Positions 38,731 to 46,486 of a stretch of 64,000 bases of DNA are shown here, piece by piece (the stretch's first letter is position 1; every line of letters begins with the position of its first letter). Both the position numbers and the translations under genes were made by a program. This DNA is from Crocinitomicaceae bacterium (lineage in GTDB: Bacteria; Bacteroidota; Bacteroidia; Flavobacteriales_D; Sanyastnellaceae): contig NZRP01000015.1 of the NCBI GenBank assembly GCA_002693775.1, positions 6,601 to 70,600 of the forward strand. The letters are read 5' to 3'. A model generated the notes under the pieces. The model saw nothing but the letters and a program-made list of their open reading frames with translations, was not told the origin of the DNA and ran no database searches.

Positions 38731-39467
38731 TTAAGCTGGGGCTTTTAGGTCACCCCGTGGGTCATTCGAAGTCGCCGGAGTTTTTTGCTGGGAAGCTGGA
38801 AAGCATTGGGAGGACTGATGTTGAGTACGTGTCGATAGACCTAGCAGATATTGATGATTTTGATGAGGTCGTTAGGGAGCATGCTGGTGTGATGGGGTTT
38901 AATGTGACAATTCCGCATAAGGAGTCTATCATGGTGAAACTCTGTTGTTTAGATGAGGAAGCTGAGAAGGTGGGGGCTGTGAACACTATTGTGAAGACTG
39001 AGAGGGGATGGAAGGGTTACAATACCGATGTTTGGGGATTTAGCCGTTCGCTTAAGCCGTTTATTAAGGGAAGGCACGAGAGGGCACTGATTTTGGGGTC
39101 TGGTGGTGCGGCTAAAGCGGTAGAGTATTGTTTAGTAAGGCTCGGGATAGAGACAGTGATTGTGAGTAGGACTGCTGGAGAGGGGAAGGTGGTTTATGAG
39201 GATTTGACGGAGGCAGCAATGGGGCATTATTTGCTGGTTGTGAATTGTACACCACTTGGGACTTGGCCTGAAGTTGAGGGGTGCGTGGACATACCTTGGG
39301 GAGGCGTGGGAGAAATGCACTTATGTGTGGATTTGGTCTACAACCCTGAAGAAACGACCTTTATGAAAAGAGCTAAAGAGAAAGGGGCAACTGTTATGAA
39401 TGGCAGTGATATGCTGAGGATGCAGGCAGAGAGGTCGCTTGAGATTTGGCTAGAAAATGGATTATAA
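38727..39467 (+). CDS. aroE: Shikimate dehydrogenase
   Basis: 246 aa. GHPVGHSKSP, NVTIPHK, NTD and GSGGAAKA motifs. Confidence 0.9.
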   Translation: MIKLGLLGHPVGHSKSPEFFAGKLESIGRTDVEYVSIDLADIDDFDEVVREHAGVMGFNVTIPHKESIMVKLCCLDEEAEKVGAVNTIVKTERGWKGYNTDVWGFSRSLKPFIKGRHERALILGSGGAAKAVEYCLVRLGIETVIVSRTAGEGKVVYEDLTEAAMGHYLLVVNCTPLGTWPEVEGCVDIPWGGVGEMHLCVDLVYNPEETTFMKRAKEKGATVMNGSDMLRMQAERSLEIWLENGL

Positions 39468-40276
39468 TGAGTAAACTACCACCAACAGAACAGAGCGGAA
39501 GGCATGGTGAATTGCATCAAATGAGCGTTAGTGAGCTTGTTAATTCTATGAATGCAGTAGATAGTGAGGCGCTTGTGGCAGTGACCAATTGCAAGGATCA
39601 AATCAGTGCTTTTGTTGAAGAGTTGGTTCCTAGAATGATGAAGGGCGGGAGGCTTTTTTATGTTGGCGCTGGAACAAGCGGAAGATTAGGCGTGGTTGAT
39701 GCTAGTGAGTGCCCTCCAACTTTTGGGGTAGAGCCTGGGAGAGTTGTGGGACTTATAGCAGGTGGCGATTCAGCTATAAGAAAAGCTGTGGAGGGAGCTG
39801 AAGACAGTACAACTGGTGGTTGGGATGATTTGCAAGCTGAGGGTATTTCTGAGAATGATACTGTTGTGGGTATTGCTGCTAGCGGAAGGACTCCATATGT
39901 TGTGGGAGCGCTAAAGAAAGCTAAAGAACACGGAATGCTTACAGGATGTGTCACTTGCAATCCTGGGACTGAGGTCTCTGAGAAATGCGACTACCCTATT
40001 GAAGCTATTACAGGGCCAGAGTTTGTAACTGGATCTACTCGACTTAAAGCTGGGACAGCGACCAAGCTGGTGCTGAATATGATTACTACTATTACAATGA
40101 TTCAGCTGGGACATGTGAAGGGCAATAGAATGGTGGATATGCAGTTGTCGAATGAGAAATTGGTAGAGAGAGGGACCAGGATGGTAGCAGAGGCAACAGG
40201 AGTAGGTCTTGAGGAGGCTAAGGAGCTGTTGCTTAAGCACGGTAGTGTTAGAAACGCAGTTGATGCGTATAGTTAA
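39467..40276 (+). CDS. murQ: N-acetylmuramic acid 6-phosphate etherase
   Basis: SIS domain (FYVGAGTSGRLGVVDASECPPTF, GIAASGRTPYV) and an MVDMQ.SNEKL tail. The ATG at 39467 overlaps the aroE TAA (TAATG). Confidence 0.9.
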   Translation: MSKLPPTEQSGRHGELHQMSVSELVNSMNAVDSEALVAVTNCKDQISAFVEELVPRMMKGGRLFYVGAGTSGRLGVVDASECPPTFGVEPGRVVGLIAGGDSAIRKAVEGAEDSTTGGWDDLQAEGISENDTVVGIAASGRTPYVVGALKKAKEHGMLTGCVTCNPGTEVSEKCDYPIEAITGPEFVTGSTRLKAGTATKLVLNMITTITMIQLGHVKGNRMVDMQLSNEKLVERGTRMVAEATGVGLEEAKELLLKHGSVRNAVDAYS

Positions 40277-40287
40277 GCGCTTAGGCT

Positions 40288-40869
40288 ATGCACACTATTG
40301 AACCATATTACGCTTGGCGAAATCACTACGTAGCTAGTGAGGATGAGAGAAGTCCTTTCTATGGAAGGGAGTATAATGAGATGAGCTATCACATGAAGAT
40401 ATATGATCACTTCATACATCCTCAATGGGATACAATTGGGTCGTCTACTCTCTTTATAAAGATTCTTTTTATTGATTATGACGAGGAAAGCGCCATAATT
40501 GAACTCCTGGGAGAATGGAATGATTGTCTTCATAATGACATCATGCTTTTAAAGCGTGACATTATTGACTGCCTTCAAAATGAAGGTATCTGCAAGTTTA
40601 TATTGATTGGAGAAAACGTATTGAACTTCCACCACTCTGACGATAGCTACTATGAGGAATGGTTTGAAGAGGTGACGGATAGAGATGGCTGGATTGCTCT
40701 TCTGAATTTTAATCAGCACGTTTTAGATGACATGGGTAGCATTGATTTGGACAGCTACTTTGTCATGGGTGGCGAGTTGAGCGAGTTTGGATGGAGGACA
40801 TATGCCCCGGATCAGCTAATTTCTAGGATAAGAGAGTCGGTTGAGAACAGGCTGGGACTAATTGGCTAA
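40288..40869 (+). CDS. Hypothetical protein (acidic, no recognised domain)
   Basis: 193-aa ORF. No overlapping alternative is better supported. It lies 11 nt after murQ on the same strand. Confidence 0.55.
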   Translation: MHTIEPYYAWRNHYVASEDERSPFYGREYNEMSYHMKIYDHFIHPQWDTIGSSTLFIKILFIDYDEESAIIELLGEWNDCLHNDIMLLKRDIIDCLQNEGICKFILIGENVLNFHHSDDSYYEEWFEEVTDRDGWIALLNFNQHVLDDMGSIDLDSYFVMGGELSEFGWRTYAPDQLISRIRESVENRLGLIG

Positions 40870-40878
40870 ATAGGTCGG

Positions 40879-41670
40879 TTAAAAGCCTTCAATTGCTCCA
40901 AGGCCGAACAATGCGAAATCGTATTTAACTGGGTCTGCTGGGTCCATTTTCCTGAGTTCTTCGTCGTATTCAGAAACTGCTTTCCAATCGTTTTGCTTGC
41001 GCTTTAAAAGTCCCAATTGCCTACCTACGTTGGAAGTGTGCACGTCTAAGGGGATGCTTAATTTGCTTGAAGGTATTTCATCCCAAACCCCCAAGTCCAC
41101 ACCTTTTTCTGAAGATCTAACCATCCATCTTAGATACATATTTAGGCGTTTAGCTGCTGATCCCTTTGCTGGGTTAGCAACGTGCTTTCGAGATCTGGGT
41201 GCGTGTGGTTGATCGAAGAATACATTATGGAAATTTGAGAGGGAGTCTTTGAGAGAATTTGGCTTGCCTGAAGCAATCCAATGAGATGAAATCAAACTTT
41301 CAATAGACCCGTATTCAGTAATAATTCTTTTAAGGGCCTTCATAAAACACACTACATCCTCAGGCTTGAAGGTTCTATGAACAAATCCCTTGAAAGCTGC
41401 AGTGTCTGATTCTTCGAAATTTATAATAAAATCATAGGGCTCGTGATCCATGCGCTCCATAAGACTATGAGCATTTTTAAGGATCATGGGTCTTTTCCCC
41501 CAAGCAATGGTAGCAGCTAAAAATCCGGCGATTTCTATATCTCTTTTTTCTGTGAACATATGAGGAATTGAGATAGGATCAAGAGGGATGAAGTCGGGAG
41601 TTTCAAACTGCAACACCTTCTCATCTAGGAAGTCCTTAAAATCAGATCTACTCAATTTTGAAATATTCAT
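40879..41670 (-). CDS. TIGR02757/DUF2400 family protein
   Basis: 263 aa. GFLAATIAWGKR, RLNMYLRWMVR, PLDVHTSNV and DPVKYDFALFGLG match my recollection of the family pattern. Confidence 0.65.
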   Translation of the reverse strand: MNISKLSRSDFKDFLDEKVLQFETPDFIPLDPISIPHMFTEKRDIEIAGFLAATIAWGKRPMILKNAHSLMERMDHEPYDFIINFEESDTAAFKGFVHRTFKPEDVVCFMKALKRIITEYGSIESLISSHWIASGKPNSLKDSLSNFHNVFFDQPHAPRSRKHVANPAKGSAAKRLNMYLRWMVRSSEKGVDLGVWDEIPSSKLSIPLDVHTSNVGRQLGLLKRKQNDWKAVSEYDEELRKMDPADPVKYDFALFGLGAIEGF

Positions 41671-41720
41671 AGTATAAAGGTCAAAAAAGGAACTACAAAG
41701 GAACTAACTTTACACTCGAA

Positions 41721-43781
41721 ATGGAGTGGGGAAAACCTGATATGCTTTACGCCTTAGCGGCTTTAATAATTCCCGTATTAATCCATCTTCTTCACCTTCG
41801 CAGATATAAGGAGGTAAAATTCTCAAACGTAAGTTTTCTCTCAGAGGTAAAAAAAGAAGCTAGAGCATCCCAAAGGCTCAAGCACCTTTTAGTTCTTCTT
41901 TCAAGGCTGATAGCAGTCGCCGCACTTGTTCTAGCATTTGCTGACCCCTTCATCACATTCAGTAACAAGACTGGGGAACATTCAAACAATATCGTTAGCA
42001 TTTATATCGATAACAGTCCATCTATGGAAGCAGTTGGAGAAAACGGAAACCTCCTACAAACTTCAAAATCGAGGGCGCTTAAAATTGTTGAGCAGTATTC
42101 AGAGATAGATAAGTTTCATGTTGTAACTAATGAGTTCAGCGGTGCTGACTCAAGGTATTTAACTAGAGAAGAGTGCGTGGAAAAGATTGCTAGTATCAAG
42201 CCCAGCAACATAGCTAGAAACGTCGATGAAGTAATGTCACGCGCCTCAGACAACGCTTCAAGTATAGACGAACATAATAAAATTCTTTACTATCTATCTG
42301 ACCTGCAGAAGTCTACCCACAAAACTGAGGGGGATTTTATTCCAGACTCTAGCTTGAGCATTCATTTTATTCCGTCTTTTGCAAATGAGAGGCCAAATGT
42401 TTGGCTTGATTCGGCCTGGTTCAGCTCACCCATTGCAACTACTGGAAAGGCTGCCAAGCTTAATCTTAGGATCAAACACAACGCGCTGTCTGCTGTAGAA
42501 GGGTTGAGTATGAGGCTTGACGTAAATGGCGAAAGGAAGGCCGTTGGAACCTACAACATTGAACCCGGGTTGAGCACTGACACTGCTTTAATCTTCACTT
42601 TTGACAAGCCTGCTCACTATCACGCTAAAATTTCTATAGACGATACTCCAATTGTTTTTGACAACAATTACTACTTGGGATTCGAAGTTGTTGAGTCCAT
42701 CAAGGTTTTACAGATAACAAAAGACATATATTCAGAAGAGTCTAAGAGCATAGAGCTTGTATGCCAAACTAATCCTGGCTCAATACTTATTGATACCAAG
42801 AAGAATCTACCCGGAACGATAGAGCTAAGCAACTACGACTTAATAATCTCTAACGGATTAACAAGCCCGTCTAATGGCTACACAAATAGCCTAGTGCAGT
42901 TTGTAAATGAAGGAGGAGCCGTGTTAGTGATTCCGGACACACTTGAGTTTAACTCAAGAGCTGAGCTACTGTTAAGCGAACTGGGTCTTGGGAGTGGATT
43001 TAGTTGGGATAGGATTGAAGAGAGTACGTCGATAGCTGAGCTGAACGTGGTGCATCCATTTTATGATGGAGTATTTTCTTCTACTCCATCTAAAATGGAT
43101 CTTCCCAAATCTAAATATGCCCTGACGTATGGTTCGGGAGTACACACTGAGAGACTTGGTACTAATTGGAACGGTACTAATTTCCTAGGAAGATCAAGAT
43201 TAGGAAAAGGGGCGGCTTTCCTACTTGGGACACCACTGAATGATGATGTGAGTAATTTGACTAGTCACGCATTGTTTGTGCCATTGATCTTAAGAATGGT
43301 TGAGACATCTCGAACTTCAGAGATTAAGTCAGTAGTTCTTGGAAGAGAGAATGCTGTTACACTACGTGAGGAGCATAATCGCGGAACAGATATAAGAATC
43401 GTAAAAGAGGACAGTACTGAATCTATCATTCCTGAAGTAAGAACAATCAATGGCGTTACAAGATTAATGATGGGGCCAGCGCTTACTTCTACAGGAAATT
43501 TCTCAGCAACTTATGAGGGTGAAGATGTTTTGAGGTTTGGGGTAAATGCAGACAGAGTTGAATCTGATCCAAAGGCATTTGACATACCAACATTCACTAA
43601 TGAGCTTGAAAGTTCTGAGTGGCACAACGCTAAAGTTTTAGAAGTTAACGAAGCGAACCTTACAACTGTAATCAACAATATTGAATCGGGAAAGCACCTT
43701 TGGTGGTACCTTGTGCTTGTCGTAATTCTTGCCTTAACGGGCGAAACACTTCTTCAAAAAAGATGGAAAGCAGCATCCTAA
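41721..43781 (+). CDS. BatA-N (aerotolerance-operon N-terminal double-TM) domain protein with a vWA-like region and a C-terminal TM anchor
   Basis: The N-terminus LAALIIPVLIHLLHLRRYKEVKFSNVSFL is the BatA_N pattern. IYIDNSPSM is a MIDAS-like DxSxS motif. There is a C-terminal hydrophobic helix, WWYLVLVVILALTG. Confidence 0.7.
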   Translation: MEWGKPDMLYALAALIIPVLIHLLHLRRYKEVKFSNVSFLSEVKKEARASQRLKHLLVLLSRLIAVAALVLAFADPFITFSNKTGEHSNNIVSIYIDNSPSMEAVGENGNLLQTSKSRALKIVEQYSEIDKFHVVTNEFSGADSRYLTREECVEKIASIKPSNIARNVDEVMSRASDNASSIDEHNKILYYLSDLQKSTHKTEGDFIPDSSLSIHFIPSFANERPNVWLDSAWFSSPIATTGKAAKLNLRIKHNALSAVEGLSMRLDVNGERKAVGTYNIEPGLSTDTALIFTFDKPAHYHAKISIDDTPIVFDNNYYLGFEVVESIKVLQITKDIYSEESKSIELVCQTNPGSILIDTKKNLPGTIELSNYDLIISNGLTSPSNGYTNSLVQFVNEGGAVLVIPDTLEFNSRAELLLSELGLGSGFSWDRIEESTSIAELNVVHPFYDGVFSSTPSKMDLPKSKYALTYGSGVHTERLGTNWNGTNFLGRSRLGKGAAFLLGTPLNDDVSNLTSHALFVPLILRMVETSRTSEIKSVVLGRENAVTLREEHNRGTDIRIVKEDSTESIIPEVRTINGVTRLMMGPALTSTGNFSATYEGEDVLRFGVNADRVESDPKAFDIPTFTNELESSEWHNAKVLEVNEANLTTVINNIESGKHLWWYLVLVVILALTGETLLQKRWKAAS

Positions 43782-45034
43782 TTAAAGACGCTAGAGTCAT
43801 TGATCCTAAGGGGTCATTCAACGGCAAAAAAGTAAGCATCAGAATTGAAAATGGTGTAATTACTGAGATAGGAAAAGACTTAAAGCCTAAGAAAGCGGAG
43901 GTTTGGACTGAAGAAAACCTATGCGTTTCACCAGGATGGATGGATGGCCAAGCTCACTTTAGAGATCCAGGAGAAGAATTAAAAGAAGGATTATTAAGAG
44001 GATTAGATGCTGCAGCCGCAGGTGGATTTACAGACGTTGCAGTGCTACCATCTACCAACCCAGCGATAGACAATAAAGCAGCTGTAGCATACTTAAAGAA
44101 CAGAAGTATAGAAGGAGGAGCAATCACTGACGCACATCCAATAGGCTGCATATCTCAACACAGAGATGGCACACAGTTAGCTGAGATGCTAGACATGGCG
44201 GAAGAGGGAGCAATTGGATTCAGTGACGACGGACCAGTTGAAAAAGTGGGACTAATCCAAATGGCTTTAGAATACCTAAGACCTTCTGGAGATGTGCTCA
44301 TAATCCAACCCCATGAAAGCGATATCAATCCTGGAGCTACAATGCACGAAGGAACTGTTAGCACATCACTTGGACTGAAGGGTAGCCCTACTGAAGCTGA
44401 GACAATGAGACTTAAGAGGGATCTGAATATCCTTGAATACACAGGAGGACGACTTCACATACCTGTAGTTTCATCTGCAGAAAGCGTTAAGCTTATCAAA
44501 GAAGCTAAAAAGAAGGGACTAGCAGTAACAGCATCAACAACTCCTCACCATCTGAACTTTACAGACGACAACATCGCCTCTTTTGACGGGACGTTTAGAG
44601 TACAACCTCCGCTTAGATCTTCTAAGGACAGAAAGGCATTAAGAAATGCTCTAGCTGACGGAGTACTTGACGGGATATGCTCAGACCACAGACCTGAAAA
44701 CTTAGAGAGCAACGATGTAGAGTTTGTCCTAAGCCCCAATGGCATTTCTGGAATAGAAGCAACTTTCCCTGCGACTTTAAAAGCCCTTGAAAAAGCAGAT
44801 ATTACTAGAGTAATTGATGCTATGTCAAATGCAAATAGGCGCATTTTCAATATGGCTGAAGTACACGTAGAAGTTGGAGCAACTGCCAAGCTTACTCTAT
44901 TCAATCCTAAGGGTGATGCAAATAAAGACCGCATCTCTGCAGGAGTTAATGACCCTTGGAAAAATATTGAAGACTTAAAGGGTACAGTTTACGGAATAGT
45001 AAACGGCATTAAGAAGTTTAAGCTTCGCCCTTAG
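43763..45034 (+). CDS. Dihydroorotase-like amidohydrolase with partly degenerate metal ligands
   Basis: Overall DHOase layout is present (FRDPG, FSDDG, TPHHL, CSDHRP). However, DGQAHFRDPG replaces D-x-H-x-H, and LHIPVVSS lacks the usual His. ATG 43763 (MESSILIKDARVID) is preferred over 43700. Confidence 0.75.
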   Translation: MESSILIKDARVIDPKGSFNGKKVSIRIENGVITEIGKDLKPKKAEVWTEENLCVSPGWMDGQAHFRDPGEELKEGLLRGLDAAAAGGFTDVAVLPSTNPAIDNKAAVAYLKNRSIEGGAITDAHPIGCISQHRDGTQLAEMLDMAEEGAIGFSDDGPVEKVGLIQMALEYLRPSGDVLIIQPHESDINPGATMHEGTVSTSLGLKGSPTEAETMRLKRDLNILEYTGGRLHIPVVSSAESVKLIKEAKKKGLAVTASTTPHHLNFTDDNIASFDGTFRVQPPLRSSKDRKALRNALADGVLDGICSDHRPENLESNDVEFVLSPNGISGIEATFPATLKALEKADITRVIDAMSNANRRIFNMAEVHVEVGATAKLTLFNPKGDANKDRISAGVNDPWKNIEDLKGTVYGIVNGIKKFKLRP

Positions 45035-45335
45035 GCCCACTAAATGCCATAGGCATAGCTGCCTCAGGTCCACTTACTTCAGAAATTGTTCCGTGTTGAG
45101 ATTCATATCTCTTTACGTTTTCAATTAAAGCCTTCATAAGTCTCTTAGCGTGCTGAGGTGTCATAATCACCCTAGACCTAACCTTAGCCTTAGGCACTCC
45201 AGGCATAATTTGAATAAAGTCCGTCACGAATTCAGTGGGACTATGAGTGATGACCGCAAGGTTAGAGTATGTCCCTCCTGCTACATCTTCTGGTAGCTCG
45301 ATATTGAGCTTAGGTTTTTTATCTTTTTCTGCCAT
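45018..45335 (-). CDS. DUF3467 family protein
   Basis: 105 aa. GGTYSNLAVITHSPTEFVTDFIQ is the DUF3467 core. Confidence 0.7.
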   Translation of the reverse strand: MAEKDKKPKLNIELPEDVAGGTYSNLAVITHSPTEFVTDFIQIMPGVPKAKVRSRVIMTPQHAKRLMKALIENVKRYESQHGTISEVSGPEAAMPMAFSGPKGEA

Positions 45336-45339
45336 GACG

Positions 45340-46059
45340 CTAATGTAATACTATGTCTAATATTTCCACGAGAGAATTTACCTCGTGATCAACTGAGCTT
45401 TTAAAGCTCTCTTCTATTTTATTCGAGTTGGGATTAAAGAACACCGTTTCTAAACCAGCTTTCTTCCCTCCTTCAATATCTGCCTCGATATTATCTCCTA
45501 TCATAATCACATCTGACGACTCTACACCTACCAAATCTAAAGCAATTCTAAAAGCTTCAGGATGGGGTTTTTTATACCCCATTGCATCACTTGTTATTAC
45601 ACTCTCAAAAAAGTCTGACAATCCAGATTTTTCAACCTTTATATGCTGAACCTCCTCAAAACCATTTGTCAAAATTACCATTCGAAACCCAGCCTCTTTA
45701 AGCGCAGTCAACACTTCTATTGAGCCTTCAAATAAGTTTGTCTTATAAGGCGAAGTATCAATGTAATGCTGCCCAAGTTTCTCCCCTAAAACTGCATTAT
45801 TCTGAAGCCCCCAAGGTTCCATAGCCATTTCAAATCTTCGTCCCCTAAGTTCAGACTTCTCCATTCTCCCCTCTCTATACTCTCTCCAACACCAATCATT
45901 CGCAGTCTCATAGGCACTGATATATTCACCCACCTCACCCACACCTAAACTCCTCAAATCAAAAGCCTCATACCCTTCTCTTAGCGCTTCTCTAGAATTC
46001 TTCTTAAAATCCCAAAGCGTATGATCTAAATCCCAAAAGAACACTTTCATCTCCCCCAT
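45340..46059 (-). CDS. HAD-superfamily hydrolase (YjjG-like nucleotidase subfamily IA)
   Basis: Motif I FFWDLDHTLWDF, motif II ILTNG, motif IV IGDNIEADIEGG. An alternative start lies at 46050. Confidence 0.8.
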   Translation of the reverse strand: MGEMKVFFWDLDHTLWDFKKNSREALREGYEAFDLRSLGVGEVGEYISAYETANDWCWREYREGRMEKSELRGRRFEMAMEPWGLQNNAVLGEKLGQHYIDTSPYKTNLFEGSIEVLTALKEAGFRMVILTNGFEEVQHIKVEKSGLSDFFESVITSDAMGYKKPHPEAFRIALDLVGVESSDVIMIGDNIEADIEGGKKAGLETVFFNPNSNKIEESFKSSVDHEVNSLVEILDIVLH

Positions 46060-46063
46060 TTTT

Positions 46064-46486
46064 CTATAAGAACATCCATGAACCTAAAGTTAAGACTATA
46101 GACCAAACCAAAAACGCCACACAAAGCAACCATGAAGACCACTTGTTATCACCGTAATATTTAGCTACTATGACAGCAGAAATAGGAACTGAAATAAGGC
46201 CCGAAATAAGCAATATTCCTACAAGACCAGTTTTATTCTTCAATCCTACAATCCTCCTCTTTAATGGAGTTATGGTTTTCTTCTTTTTCTTACCTCTAGC
46301 ATCCCACCAAGAGAATATCGTTCTCCCAAGATGGAAAAATATTTGCACACCAACAGCAGCCCCAATCGATGTTACAATAATTGTTTTCAAAACTCCTTCA
46401 TCGTAATAAATCATAGCTGAAGGAGTAAGTACGAACTTGAAAATGCTAGCTAAAACATATCCCGCTATTTTAAATAATTGCTGCAT
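46064..46486 (-). CDS. Small polytopic membrane protein (unknown function)
   Basis: About 140 aa with 4 hydrophobic segments and a central KKKKK loop. Its ATG at 46486 overlaps the TAA of the upstream wecB-fusion gene (TAATG). Confidence 0.6.
   Translation of the reverse strand: MQQLFKIAGYVLASIFKFVLTPSAMIYYDEGVLKTIIVTSIGAAVGVQIFFHLGRTIFSWWDARGKKKKKTITPLKRRIVGLKNKTGLVGILLISGLISVPISAVIVAKYYGDNKWSSWLLCVAFLVWSIVLTLGSWMFL

Noticed and set aside
40273-40533. Minus-strand 86-aa ORF overlapping the start of the 40288..40869 gene
   Set aside because: It would be an isolated minus-strand ORF inside a plus-strand gene run. The plus-strand ORF is longer and fits the tight operon spacing after murQ.
43700-43762. 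Upstream extension of the DHOase-like ORF (MVVPCACRNSCLNGRNTSSKK)
   Set aside because: It lies entirely inside the 3' end of the BatA-like gene. The DHOase homology begins at MESSILIKDARV (ATG 43763).
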